From a virus (taxonomy: Duplodnaviria; Caudoviricetes), in the IMG/VR virus record IMGVR_UViG_3300017778_004680, positions 1-51,053 of that record: a DNA stretch of 51,053 nt. One strand, given 5' to 3'. Positions 27,601-38,085 of the stretch are shown piece after piece. The position numbers and the translations under genes were made by a program. Each line of letters starts with the position of its first letter. Position 1 is the first letter of the stretch. The notes below the pieces were generated by a model. The model saw nothing but the letters and a program-made list of their open reading frames with translations, was not told where the DNA came from and searched no databases.

Positions 27601-28692
27601 ATGTATGTTCAGCCGCCAACATCATTTGAACTAGAAGTTACATCAAGATGTAATGCATCATGTCCACAGTGCCCCAGGAATGACCATGGTGGCGCTGTGT
27701 GGCCCACTCTACCTTTAAATGATTTGCCACTGTCCTGGTTGCAGGAAAAGTTCTCTGTGGATTTTTTGCAAAACATACAACTTGTTAGATTGATTGGCAC
27801 ATACGGTGAGCCGGCCATGCATCGTGATCTCATTGATATTGTTCGTTGGCTGCATGCATCAACTGATGCCAGCATTGTGATCAGTACCAATGGCAGTTTG
27901 CGCAGTAAAAAATGGTGGCGTGAACTGGGACAAACTCTTAGGCCACAGGATCGAGTGATGTGGGGCATTGATGGTCTTGAAGATACCAATCATTTGTATA
28001 GAAAAGATACCAAGTGGTTCAAGATTGTTGAGAACTTGCAGGCATTTAATCAAGCAGGTGGTCAGAGTGTGTGGAGTTTTATAGTGTTCAAACACAACGA
28101 ACATCAAGTTGCACAAGCACAACAGCTCAGTCAAGAACTGGGTTGCGCTGACTTTGCATTCAAACCCACTGTGCGTTTTGTGGATCGAACACATCAATTA
28201 CTGGATCAGTTTCCTGTAAAGAATCGTCAACAGCAAGTGATTCATTGGTTGCAGCCGCCAACTAATCCTCAGTATCGAAATCAAATGTTAGACAACTATG
28301 TTGCAGTATCTAAAGAATACGGTACATACGATCAGTACCTACAAAGCATCGATATCAAATGCGATGCGCAGACTAAAGGGTACTTTCATGTGTCTGCACA
28401 AGGCTATGTATTGCCGTGTGGTTGGTTGCTGGATCGATTATACGGGTTTGAAGCTGAGTCACACCCTGATCAAAAGCAAATGTTTGACATGATAGAACGC
28501 ACCGGTGGATTCAATGCCATCAATCTTAACCATACACCACTACAAGATATATTAACAGGTGCGTTTTTTAGTGCCGTGTCTGCGTCCTGGTCGAGTGGTA
28601 CACGACTAGCACGGTGTGCCAATCAGTGTGGTATACGTAGTCAAGGTATCACCACAAGTTATCAAAATTTAAATAGGATGATACCAGCATGA
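27601..28692 (+). CDS. Radical SAM enzyme with C-terminal Twitch/SPASM-like cysteines
   Basis: CNASCPQC (CX3CX2C), GTYGEP, STNG, IDGLEDTNHLYR; C-terminal C..LPCGW..CANQC. Confidence 0.85.
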   Translation: MYVQPPTSFELEVTSRCNASCPQCPRNDHGGAVWPTLPLNDLPLSWLQEKFSVDFLQNIQLVRLIGTYGEPAMHRDLIDIVRWLHASTDASIVISTNGSLRSKKWWRELGQTLRPQDRVMWGIDGLEDTNHLYRKDTKWFKIVENLQAFNQAGGQSVWSFIVFKHNEHQVAQAQQLSQELGCADFAFKPTVRFVDRTHQLLDQFPVKNRQQQVIHWLQPPTNPQYRNQMLDNYVAVSKEYGTYDQYLQSIDIKCDAQTKGYFHVSAQGYVLPCGWLLDRLYGFEAESHPDQKQMFDMIERTGGFNAINLNHTPLQDILTGAFFSAVSASWSSGTRLARCANQCGIRSQGITTSYQNLNRMIPA

Positions 28693-29225
28693 ATCTAGCA
28701 ATTGTTGGTGATGGTGATTTAGCACAGGCTATAGCTGATGCTGTGCAAGATCAATACACTGTTACAATGTTTGGGCGAAGACACACCGACCTTGTGCAAA
28801 AATCACAATGTGATCAGTTGATCACACAACTCATGAGTTTTGATAACGTGTTGTTTACTGCTGGATTGTACAACACAGATATGTGGGATATGTGGACTGT
28901 TAACACTGTAGCACCGTGCTATATTACGTCGCAATTGGTAACCAACGACTACTCTGGACATGTTATTGTGGTGTCAAGTCATGCTGCCAACTGGACCAGT
29001 TGGCCTGGTGTTGACATTAACCGACTTACATATAACAATAGCAAGCATGCTGTAAGCAACTTTATCAAAGGTATACAACAAGCCAAGGTGATTGGGAGAT
29101 ATAGTTTGCTTGAACCCAGTCAGTTTCAAAGTCGTATGGGCGGCGATTCTGGACACACAATCGAAACTGTGGTAGGTGCTGTCAACTACTTGTTAGAGAA
29201 TCCTGCTAGATCTATAACTGTGTAG
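28689..29225 (+). CDS. Short-chain dehydrogenase/reductase-like (short, 178 aa)
   Basis: Rossmann-like start AIVGDGDLA, TAG, VN, IVVSS, YNNSK (YxxxK). Confidence 0.7.
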   Translation: MNLAIVGDGDLAQAIADAVQDQYTVTMFGRRHTDLVQKSQCDQLITQLMSFDNVLFTAGLYNTDMWDMWTVNTVAPCYITSQLVTNDYSGHVIVVSSHAANWTSWPGVDINRLTYNNSKHAVSNFIKGIQQAKVIGRYSLLEPSQFQSRMGGDSGHTIETVVGAVNYLLENPARSITV

Positions 29226-29229
29226 CAAC

Positions 29230-30150
29230 ATGAGTTCTTCAATTGGTATTGTTTACAACGGCGGCAGTTATGGCACCTATTTACATTGGTTAATTTTTAC
29301 ATTAACTACCGATTTTCCAATCATGTCTCCTTTAACTAGTGCAACAACCAGCCATGAGTTTGAAAAAAATGTAGCACAACACACTTCAAACTACAGTGAC
29401 ATGACTTCTGGTTACTCTTTAAAAGAATTTAACAAGTTATCAAACAATCAGATTCCAAAATTGTTTCGCATACATCCAAAAATATATCAAACAGAATCAG
29501 CAGTTTATAATATTGAAAAAATAATTTTGCCCAAAGTTAGCCAACTGTTAATTGCGTACCCTGACCCAGGATCGTACTTGTTGAATGTCAACAATTACAT
29601 GTACAAAATATGGAATGATCTATGGAGTGGTCCGTTAAAATATATCAACAAAGATGATCTGTATAATAACTTTGCGGTCGACCCCAGTACACCACTTGCA
29701 GAGATTGACCGTGCTATTATAAGAGAATATTTGAGTTTTAATGTTTTTTCTAGTTGGGAATCACAAGTAGAATGGTTTTTGCCAAATCAATTGCACCATA
29801 GTCGGTGCCATTTTGTTTATCTTAACGATTTGTTGTATCGTCCCGTTGAAACCCTAGCACACATTAAAAAGTTTTGTAATCTAACCTGGACCAAAGATGT
29901 CAATAGCATACTGGATATTCACTATCAAAATTTAAAAACTCAAAAGTTTTTAACTCAGGACTCACTTGCCTATTCAATACTAACAGCAATTGATCGCAAA
30001 CAGAATTTTGAGTGGGAGCAATCAGATCTAACATTGATTACCGAAGCGTGGATACAATGTGCATTGCGTAAACAAGGTAAGGAATTGCAATGTGACCAAC
30101 TTTCTGTTTTTCCCACCTCCACATTGGAACTAGCCAACTACATAATATGA
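29230..30150 (+). CDS. Hypothetical protein, sulfotransferase-like P-loop fold (tentative)
   Basis: N-terminal YNGGSYGTYLHW, FVYLNDLL..L..IKKFCNL pattern; similar to 38515-39546. Confidence 0.4.
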   Translation: MSSSIGIVYNGGSYGTYLHWLIFTLTTDFPIMSPLTSATTSHEFEKNVAQHTSNYSDMTSGYSLKEFNKLSNNQIPKLFRIHPKIYQTESAVYNIEKIILPKVSQLLIAYPDPGSYLLNVNNYMYKIWNDLWSGPLKYINKDDLYNNFAVDPSTPLAEIDRAIIREYLSFNVFSSWESQVEWFLPNQLHHSRCHFVYLNDLLYRPVETLAHIKKFCNLTWTKDVNSILDIHYQNLKTQKFLTQDSLAYSILTAIDRKQNFEWEQSDLTLITEAWIQCALRKQGKELQCDQLSVFPTSTLELANYII

Positions 30151-30202
30151 CATTTCACCATACTGCTTGTGGTATTGTGGTTAAATATCATATACTGTAC
30201 AT

Positions 30203-31216
30203 ATGAATCTATTCAAAAAAGCCGCAATCTTTACTGACATCCACTTTGGTCTTAAATCAAACAGTACCGTACACAACGAGGACTGTTTGACATTTGTTAA
30301 ATGGGCCACAACTAAGGCTCTAGAGGAAGGGTGCGAAACCTGTTTGTTCCTTGGTGACTGGCACAACAATCGATCAAGTTTAAATATTGTCACACTTAAC
30401 TACAGCCTACTAGCCCTGGAGCACATGAATGCAAACTTTGAACGTGTTTACTTTATTCCAGGAAATCACGACTTGTACTATCGGGACAAACGTGATATTC
30501 AAAGTGTTGAATGGGCTCGTCACCTCCCTAACGTTGAAATCTGCAACGATTGGTTTAGTAGTGGCGATGTAGTTATTGCCCCCTGGCTCTGCGGTGATGA
30601 CCACAAGCGCATACCTAAGCTTAAAGGCAAATATATGTTTGGACATTTTGAATTGCCTGGGTACCTGATGAATGCCATGATAGAGATGCCGGATCACGGT
30701 GAAGTGCGCAGAGAAGATTTTAATAATTTTGATCATGTGTTTACTGGACACTTTCACAAACGTCAAACCAAAAAGAACATTACCTACATTGGTAATTGCT
30801 TCCCACACAATTATGCCGATGCCGGGGACGATGAACGTGGTCTAACCATCTTAGAATGGGGTCAAGAGCCAATATATCATGCCTGGCCCAATCAACCGTT
30901 GTATCGTGTGTACAAGCTCAGTCAGTTGTTAGACGAAAAACAAACACTATTATCTAACAACATGCATGTTCGAGTGCAGTTAGACATTGATATTTCTTAT
31001 GAAGAAGCAAACTTTATCAAAGAAACATTTATGCGTCAGTATGCAATTCGAGAAATGAGTTTGATACCCACAAAAAATCTCGAAGTATCACAGGATTTAT
31101 CTCCTGGAGAAATCAAATTTGAAAGTGTTGATCAAATTGTTGTTCAACAAATTACCGCAATTGATTCTAACTCGTTTGATCCAAAGCTGTTGTTAGAAAT
31201 TTACCGGAGTCTTTGA
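30203..31216 (+). CDS. Recombination endonuclease subunit, T4 gp47/SbcD/Mre11-like
   Basis: Metallophosphoesterase motifs TDIHFG, LGDW, PGNHD, FGHFE, TGHFH. Confidence 0.92.
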   Translation: MNLFKKAAIFTDIHFGLKSNSTVHNEDCLTFVKWATTKALEEGCETCLFLGDWHNNRSSLNIVTLNYSLLALEHMNANFERVYFIPGNHDLYYRDKRDIQSVEWARHLPNVEICNDWFSSGDVVIAPWLCGDDHKRIPKLKGKYMFGHFELPGYLMNAMIEMPDHGEVRREDFNNFDHVFTGHFHKRQTKKNITYIGNCFPHNYADAGDDERGLTILEWGQEPIYHAWPNQPLYRVYKLSQLLDEKQTLLSNNMHVRVQLDIDISYEEANFIKETFMRQYAIREMSLIPTKNLEVSQDLSPGEIKFESVDQIVVQQITAIDSNSFDPKLLLEIYRSL

Positions 31217-31989
31217 TGCAGATTGGTATAATTGGGCTAGGTGTAGTAGGGCGGGCATTGCGTGATGGCTTTAGCCAGATTGGCCACAATGTTGTACATT
31301 ATGACATTGTACATACTGATACTTCGCTAGACCAACTGGTTGATTCGGAAATTGTTTATATCTGTGTGCCCACAAACACCGTCAACAACAAATGCGACAC
31401 CAGCCAAGTTGATGCCACAATGGAAAGTTTGCACTCACTCAAGTACTCAGGAACTATTGCTATCAAAAGCACTGTGATACCTGGCACTACGCAACGTTTA
31501 ATTGAATCGTACCCTGACTTAAACATTTGCTTTGTGCCTGAATTTTTACGTGCTCAAAGTGCCCTGGCCGATTTTGTAAATCACAATGACGTATTAATAG
31601 TTGGCACAGCCAGCAAGTCAATTTACAATACTGTTGTTTCATGTCATAGTCACTTGCCAAAGTCCGTGGTACAAATATCTCCCACAGAAGCAGAAATAAC
31701 CAAATACTTTAGCAATTTGTTCAATGCATTGCGCATTGTGTTTGCCAATGGCATTTATGAAGTTGCCACAGCACTAGGAGCTGATTATCAACAAATTTTA
31801 AATGCCATTATTAAACGTCCCGGTATTACCCCTGACTACTTAAACTGTAGTAAGTACTATCGTGGATTTTCGGGTGTGTGTTTGCCTAAAGATGCACAGG
31901 CGTTTAGTACATTTGTAGATGAATTAGAACTATCTCATTTGCAAATTTTTCGTGCAATAGTACAAGATAACCAACATCATTTAAAATGA
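31213..31989 (+). CDS. UDP-glucose/GDP-mannose 6-dehydrogenase family (lacks C-terminal domain)
   Basis: GLGVVG, ICVPT, IKSTVIPGTT, PEFLR, KYFSN, GFSGVCLPKD (catalytic Cys motif); only 258 aa. Confidence 0.85.
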   Translation: MMQIGIIGLGVVGRALRDGFSQIGHNVVHYDIVHTDTSLDQLVDSEIVYICVPTNTVNNKCDTSQVDATMESLHSLKYSGTIAIKSTVIPGTTQRLIESYPDLNICFVPEFLRAQSALADFVNHNDVLIVGTASKSIYNTVVSCHSHLPKSVVQISPTEAEITKYFSNLFNALRIVFANGIYEVATALGADYQQILNAIIKRPGITPDYLNCSKYYRGFSGVCLPKDAQAFSTFVDELELSHLQIFRAIVQDNQHHLK

Positions 31990-32960
31990 AAATATTAGTT
32001 ACCGGTAGCGAAGGCAGCCTCATGCAGGCTGTGATCCCACTGTTATTGGCACAAGGACATACAGTAGTTGGTGTTGACAATCTTTATCGACACGGGCACA
32101 AGTCAAAGTTAGCCAATATTGAATACAAGTTGATTGTACAAGATCTTGCCGACCGAAATGCTGTGCAAGATTTGTGTCAAGGATTCGATGTAGTGTTTTT
32201 GGCTGCAGCCAAACTGTACGGAGTTGGCGGATTCAATCACTACTGCGCAGATATACTAGCCGATGATACTACTGTGCAAGGTAATCTACTACACAGTGCC
32301 GTTCGACACAAAGTCAAACATGTGGTTTATATAAGTTCTAGTATGGTGTATGAGAGTTGTGTACAAGATATCGATCATCCATTGACCGAGGACATGGTTA
32401 CAGGATCAACTGCACCACTGACTGACTATGGTCTTAGTAAGTTTGTGGGCGAACGCATGTGTCATGCATTTCACAAACAGTATGGGCTTGATTATGTTAT
32501 CTGGCGACCGTTTAATATTGTAAACCCTAGCGAACGTGCCATGAAAGAACAGGGGTTTAGTCATGTCATTGCTGATTATTTGACCAACATTGTGTTAAAC
32601 AAACTTAATCCGTTGCCTATTATTGGTAGTGGCAATCAAATTCGATGTTTTACTTGGATTGATGATGTTGCAAAAATTATTGCCAACTATAGTTTTAACT
32701 CACAGGCTGTGAACCAAGCATTTAACATTGCCAATCCTGAAGCAACTAGCATGCGGGCACTTGCTGAGAAAATATATACATTTAGTGGTGGTACTGAAAA
32801 ATTGTTATTTGAAACAGTCAAGCAGTATCAAAACGATGTACAGGTTCGATTGCCATCAATCAAAAAGTTAATCTCAACTTTTGGAATTCAGCAATTTCAA
32901 TCAGTTGATCAAACCATAGAAAAATGCATTAATAATCTGACCAATGGCAATAGTAATTAA
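31986..32960 (+). CDS. NAD-dependent nucleotide-sugar epimerase/dehydratase
   Basis: ILVTGSEGSL, YISSSMVY, YGLSK, RPFNIV, GSGNQIRCFTWIDD. Confidence 0.88.
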   Translation: MKILVTGSEGSLMQAVIPLLLAQGHTVVGVDNLYRHGHKSKLANIEYKLIVQDLADRNAVQDLCQGFDVVFLAAAKLYGVGGFNHYCADILADDTTVQGNLLHSAVRHKVKHVVYISSSMVYESCVQDIDHPLTEDMVTGSTAPLTDYGLSKFVGERMCHAFHKQYGLDYVIWRPFNIVNPSERAMKEQGFSHVIADYLTNIVLNKLNPLPIIGSGNQIRCFTWIDDVAKIIANYSFNSQAVNQAFNIANPEATSMRALAEKIYTFSGGTEKLLFETVKQYQNDVQVRLPSIKKLISTFGIQQFQSVDQTIEKCINNLTNGNSN

Positions 32961-34134
32961 CAATATTGATGCCCAGGTCTGGCCAGACATTGTTAATGCA
33001 CTGCACAATCGATACGAAATATTGTATTGGTGTGATCTGGGCATTGATGATCTAGACCTAGACTTGGATCAATTGTACAGTGAATTTAAAAAGTTTGAAA
33101 ATTTTACATTTGCACCCAATCAACGTATTGTGATACTGCATCGTGAAACTGATTATTACACATCACCCGATGCTAACGGTTTTACACTTTGGAATTTGTT
33201 TAAAATTTATAGTGAGTTAAACATACCCACTGAATACACAATATTGTTAACTTCTCAACCCACTGTCAAGCAAGAAACAGTTAGATTGTCACAATTGTTT
33301 AACTTGCCCAATATGCAAGTCAAGTTTATGCCATATCAATGGCTTCCCCAACCACGGGTTATACAACCCATTGATAGCAATGTTGAGCAAATACAATATC
33401 CTTATGTGTGTTTAAATGGTCAACCTCGCATGCATCGAGTATACACGCTTTGTCAATTGTACAAGGAAAATATATTAAATCATGGCATGGTCACTTTTCA
33501 CCCTGACTTTTCACCCATTGTGCATTTGACCAATAAAAAGAAGTTTCCAGCCAAACATCAAGTTCCACGTGGTATGCATTTACGAACTGCCTATCCTGCC
33601 ACACGTATCAATGATGCATTAATATTGACCCCCGAGCAACACGCTATGTATCATGCCAATAGACCACATGTGTTTTTTACACAGAAACATCCGGCTGTGG
33701 AGGGCATGCCCTGGGGAATCAAAGATCCAGGATTGCGTTATCAACCTGCATTTTTGCAACAGTCATTGTGGAACGTGGTTACAGAAACTGTAGGCGAATA
33801 TCCTCACAGTTTTATTACAGAAAAAACAGCCAAGGCAATCTTGACCAAACGACCATTTATTATCATAGGCGGCTTGGGTACATTGGCCACATTGCACAAT
33901 TGTGGGTTTAGAACATTTGATCATTTGATCTCTGAAAAATATGATCAGTTGCCAACTGTGGCCAATCGTATCGATGCCGCTGTTCAAGAACTAAAAAGAT
34001 TTTGTACAATGTCTCCAGGGGAACTACAAGATTTTTATTTCAAAGCCAAGAGCATAACAGACTATAATTTTGATCACTATATGAATAATTTTGGGACCAA
34101 AGGTCTTGATACTTTCATACGTGATGTGTTATAA
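32944..34134 (+). CDS. Putative glycosyltransferase-like protein
   Basis: CLNGQPRMHR and VVTET..FITEKTAKAILTKRPFIIIG..GFRTFD, resembling the GT10-type ITEK motif; adjacent to sugar-nucleotide enzymes. Confidence 0.5.
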   Translation: MAIVINNIDAQVWPDIVNALHNRYEILYWCDLGIDDLDLDLDQLYSEFKKFENFTFAPNQRIVILHRETDYYTSPDANGFTLWNLFKIYSELNIPTEYTILLTSQPTVKQETVRLSQLFNLPNMQVKFMPYQWLPQPRVIQPIDSNVEQIQYPYVCLNGQPRMHRVYTLCQLYKENILNHGMVTFHPDFSPIVHLTNKKKFPAKHQVPRGMHLRTAYPATRINDALILTPEQHAMYHANRPHVFFTQKHPAVEGMPWGIKDPGLRYQPAFLQQSLWNVVTETVGEYPHSFITEKTAKAILTKRPFIIIGGLGTLATLHNCGFRTFDHLISEKYDQLPTVANRIDAAVQELKRFCTMSPGELQDFYFKAKSITDYNFDHYMNNFGTKGLDTFIRDVL

Positions 34135-34143
34135 TAATCAAGC

Positions 34144-35907
34144 ATGTTTAAAATAAAATCCATATCAGCAAAGAATTTCCTCAGTGTGGGCAATGCTACA
34201 CAATCCGTGAACTTTGACCGCAGCGACCTTACACTGGTACTAGGCGAGAACTTAGATCTTGGTGGCGATGGTAGCCGAAACGGTACTGGTAAGACCACAA
34301 TCATCAACGCACTAAGTTATGCGTTGTATGGACAAGCACTGAGTAATATTCGCAAAGACAATCTTGTGAACAAAACTAATGCAAAACACATGTTGGTATG
34401 TTTGGATTTCAGTGTTAACGGACAAGACTATCGCATTGAACGTGGTCGTAAACCAGGCATCTTGAAATTTTATGTCAATCACAAAGAACAAGAAAGTGAT
34501 GACAATGCTCAGGGCGACAGCAGAGAAACACAACATGCCATTGAAACATTGCTGGGTATGAGTCATGAAATGTTCAAACACATTTTAGCATTGAACACTT
34601 ATACTGAACCGTTTTTGAGTTTGAAAGCCAATGATCAACGTGCTATTATCGAGCAATTACTGGGCATTACGCTATTGAGTGAACGTGCTGACAAGATTAA
34701 AGAATTAAATCGTGCAACCAAAGATGCTATTTCACAAGAAGAAATGCGTATCCGAGCAGTGCAAGAAGCCAACAAACGTATTGAAGAACAAATTGAAAGT
34801 TTGAAAAAACGTCAAATCTTATGGGGCAAGAAGCAACAAGAAGATTGTGTTAATTTACAAACTGCAATTAATAGCCTGGAACACATTGATATTGATCTTG
34901 AAATCCAAAGTCATCGTGACCTTGATGCGTTTTATTTGAAGAAAAAACAAATTGACGAAGCCAATCGTTGGATCAAAAGTATCAACAGTGATCAGGTAAA
35001 ACTAGAGCGGCAAATTAGTCAACTAAAAAAGGATATTGCTTCGCTAGATGATCACAAGTGCTATGCGTGTGGTCAAGACATTCATGATCACAAGCAAGAT
35101 GAAATACGCAACGAAAAACAAAAAAACTTACAAGAACTAGCACTTCAATCCTTGGCCAATGATACTCAATGTAGTGAACATGAAAACGAGCTAGACGATC
35201 TTGGAGAGCTTGGCTCAGCGCCTACTGTTTTTTACGACACACTTGAAGATGCGTTGAATCATCGCAACAGTTTAGAAACATTGCGTAAAGATTTATCCAC
35301 AAGAGAAACCGAAACAGATCCGTACGGCGAGCAGATTGATGACATGCAACAGCAAGCTTTGCAAACTGTAACCTACGACACTGTTAATGAACTGACAAGA
35401 TTGCAGGACCATCAAGAGTTCCTGCTCAAGCTACTCACAAGCAAGGATAGTTTTGTTCGTAAGAAAATTATTGATCAAAATTTAAGCTATCTCAACAGTA
35501 GGTTAACACACTACCTGGATCGAATTGGATTACCACATCAAGTTGTGTTCCAGAATGACTTGAACGTAGAAATTACAGAACTAGGTCGCGATTTAGATTT
35601 TGATAACTTATCTCGTGGCGAGCGCAATCGACTGATCTTGAGTATGTCATGGGCATTTCGTGATGTATGGGAAAGCTTATACCATCCTATTAATGTGCTG
35701 TTTATTGACGAGCTGGTTGATTCAGGCATGGATGCGCAGGGTGTAGAAAATAGCCTAGCATTGTTAAAGAAGATGAGTCGAGAACGCAACAAGAGTATTT
35801 GGCTTGTGAGTCATAGAGACGAACTTGCTGGACGAGTAGAAAACATTTTGAGAGTTGTCAAAGAAAATGGTTTTACTAGCTATAACACGGATGTAGATCT
35901 TGCGTGA
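34144..35907 (+). CDS. Recombination ATPase, T4 gp46/SbcC/Rad50-like
   Basis: KNFLSVGN, Walker A GSRNGTGKTT, zinc hook CYAC, signature LSRGE, Walker B LFIDE, VSH. Confidence 0.93.
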   Translation: MFKIKSISAKNFLSVGNATQSVNFDRSDLTLVLGENLDLGGDGSRNGTGKTTIINALSYALYGQALSNIRKDNLVNKTNAKHMLVCLDFSVNGQDYRIERGRKPGILKFYVNHKEQESDDNAQGDSRETQHAIETLLGMSHEMFKHILALNTYTEPFLSLKANDQRAIIEQLLGITLLSERADKIKELNRATKDAISQEEMRIRAVQEANKRIEEQIESLKKRQILWGKKQQEDCVNLQTAINSLEHIDIDLEIQSHRDLDAFYLKKKQIDEANRWIKSINSDQVKLERQISQLKKDIASLDDHKCYACGQDIHDHKQDEIRNEKQKNLQELALQSLANDTQCSEHENELDDLGELGSAPTVFYDTLEDALNHRNSLETLRKDLSTRETETDPYGEQIDDMQQQALQTVTYDTVNELTRLQDHQEFLLKLLTSKDSFVRKKIIDQNLSYLNSRLTHYLDRIGLPHQVVFQNDLNVEITELGRDLDFDNLSRGERNRLILSMSWAFRDVWESLYHPINVLFIDELVDSGMDAQGVENSLALLKKMSRERNKSIWLVSHRDELAGRVENILRVVKENGFTSYNTDVDLA

Positions 35908-36760
35908 TATAAAAGTATTGCATGTAGAATCAACTGATGTGTGTCAGGCGGCATGTGCATTGTGTGCTCGCGAAACTGATGCAACGTTTCGTAAGGACCT
36001 TCAACATCATCTTGGTATTGAACAAATACAAAAACATTTTTTAGATGACGATATTTACAAACTTGATAAAATGTTCATGTGTGGTAACTATGGCGATCCG
36101 GCCGCCGGCAAACATAGTCTGTCCATCTATCGGTGGTTTCGTGAGGTCAATCCCAACATTGTGTTGGGCATGAATACCAATGGTGCACTACAAACCACTT
36201 TCTGGTGGCACGAACTAGGTAAACTATTCAATCAATCACAAGATTACGTTGTGTTTAGCATTGATGGGTTAGAAGATACCAATGCCACTTATAGAAAAAA
36301 CGTAAACTGGCCTAAGCTAATGGCAAACGCTAGAGCATTTATCGAAGCAGGTGGGTCAGCTCACTGGGACATGCTGGTATATCGACACAACCAACATCAA
36401 GTTGAATCATGCGAACAACTGGCCCGAGACATGGGATTCAAATGGTTCCGTGCTAAAATTAGCAAACGACCATTTTCAGCAAGTTTGCAATTTCCCTTGG
36501 GCTGGAATCAACCCGAAATTCAACCAGATGCAATAACATGTCGTGCACTAACTGAACAAAGCGCATATATTGATGCACAAGGACGTTTAAGTCCTTGTTG
36601 TTGGTTAGGCAGTCGACAAAATAATTTTATTACAGACTTTGATGCAGTACAGTCCACATGGCTCACTGCTGAACCTAATTCTATTTGTAAAGCAACTTGT
36701 ACAGGCAACACTACTCAAACACCTTTTCTAAATCAATGGCACAAAGAAATACAACTATAA
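35900..36760 (+). CDS. Radical SAM enzyme, paralog of 27601-28692
   Basis: CQAACALC, CGNYGDP, NTNG, SIDGLEDTNATYR, PCCW, CKATC. Confidence 0.85.
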   Translation: MRDIKVLHVESTDVCQAACALCARETDATFRKDLQHHLGIEQIQKHFLDDDIYKLDKMFMCGNYGDPAAGKHSLSIYRWFREVNPNIVLGMNTNGALQTTFWWHELGKLFNQSQDYVVFSIDGLEDTNATYRKNVNWPKLMANARAFIEAGGSAHWDMLVYRHNQHQVESCEQLARDMGFKWFRAKISKRPFSASLQFPLGWNQPEIQPDAITCRALTEQSAYIDAQGRLSPCCWLGSRQNNFITDFDAVQSTWLTAEPNSICKATCTGNTTQTPFLNQWHKEIQL

Positions 36761-36784
36761 CAACAACTGAGATAACTACTATGC

Positions 36785-37216
36785 ATGTCATGGATTTATC
36801 AAACCCAACCAGTTCTAGAACTCCCCGAAGACTGTGTGGGCTTTGTTTATCTAATCACGAATAATCTATCTGGCCGCAAGTACATAGGCAAAAAACTAGC
36901 CAAGTTCTCAAAAACAACATACAAAACAATCAAGCAAAAAAACGGTATAAAGAAGAAGAAAAAGATACGATCAAAGGTTGATTCAGATTGGCAGGAGTAT
37001 TATGGGTCAAGTGATAATCTAACAAAAGATATAGGCACAGCGGGCGCAGAAAATTTCACAAGAGAAATACTTTACTACTGCACATCAAAAGCCGAATGTT
37101 CATACATAGAGGCAAGAGAACAATTCACTTGTAAAGTTCTTGAAAGTGACGATTGGTATAACGGGCATATACAAGTGAGAGTTCACAAAAATCATATTAG
37201 GAAGTTGAATGTTTGA
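36785..37216 (+). CDS. Small GIY-YIG nuclease-like protein with Lys-rich insertion
   Basis: GFVYLITN..KYIGKK, YYGSS, FTREIL, conserved E (IEAREQ), terminal YNG. Confidence 0.75.
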   Translation: MSWIYQTQPVLELPEDCVGFVYLITNNLSGRKYIGKKLAKFSKTTYKTIKQKNGIKKKKKIRSKVDSDWQEYYGSSDNLTKDIGTAGAENFTREILYYCTSKAECSYIEAREQFTCKVLESDDWYNGHIQVRVHKNHIRKLNV

Positions 37217-38060
37217 TCCAGAATTTAATAAATTTTATAATTCAGTAAAGGACTCATCTTGGCCAGACATACATGAATATAAAGATTTTGTAAACCTTGA
37301 CCCAAGTATCAAAAACGAGTGTTTTGAGATGCACGGTTTGCAAAACAGAATCAATGAGATTACAGACAAAAATTACTGGACCAATCTAACAGCAGATTTT
37401 TGTGTTTCTGGAAATTTAGTGTTTGTGCCTGTGCCAAAATGTGCTTCTTCATATTATACGCAGACATTGACCGAACAAGGGTGGAAAAGAGTCAAACTTA
37501 AAGATCTTGACATAGAGTCAACTCATTTTTTTGGTTTTATGACGCATCCGTTGAAACGATATCTCAAAGGCATTGCACAGATGATAGTGTTTAGTTGTGT
37601 TAAATCAAAAACACTTGACCCGTTGAACTCTTGGCAAGTACTGCATGATGTTGACTGGCAAGGGGTTGAAAACATGCTTGAATCTCAATATCTACACAAC
37701 CTAATTAACAAAATTTTAGTCGGCGATGTTCATGCCATGCCCTATTATTTTCTTCTAGGAGATCTAATAGACAAAGTTCACTGGATCCCCATGGACACAG
37801 TATCCGATGATGAGATGAAGTTGCATGCTATGGCGTTTTGCAAACAACATGGGCAAGATCTATCATTGGAATTAAACAGCCAGCGCATTCACGAATCACC
37901 ACCGTTACAAATCAAAGCATACGAAATTATTAAAAATATATTTTTTAACTCATCAGAAACACAAGAAAATCAAATTACCACATTCCACAAGATATTTGGG
38001 CCAGATATAAAATTTTACTACCAATTGCTCAATAATTTTCAAAAAAAATCTATAATATAA
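37209..38060 (+). CDS. Sulfotransferase family-like protein
   Basis: FVPVPKCASSYY (5'-PSB-like) and THPLKRYLKG (3'-PB-like, cf. RDPxxRxxS). Confidence 0.55.
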   Translation: MFDPEFNKFYNSVKDSSWPDIHEYKDFVNLDPSIKNECFEMHGLQNRINEITDKNYWTNLTADFCVSGNLVFVPVPKCASSYYTQTLTEQGWKRVKLKDLDIESTHFFGFMTHPLKRYLKGIAQMIVFSCVKSKTLDPLNSWQVLHDVDWQGVENMLESQYLHNLINKILVGDVHAMPYYFLLGDLIDKVHWIPMDTVSDDEMKLHAMAFCKQHGQDLSLELNSQRIHESPPLQIKAYEIIKNIFFNSSETQENQITTFHKIFGPDIKFYYQLLNNFQKKSII

Positions 38061-38085
38061 TCAAACACAAACTATAAGCAGTTAA

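Noticed and set aside
38055-38077. ATA ATC AAA CAC AAA CTA TAA as an orphaned 3' end of the GIY-YIG gene
   Set aside because: Too short and AT-rich to support without homolog alignments
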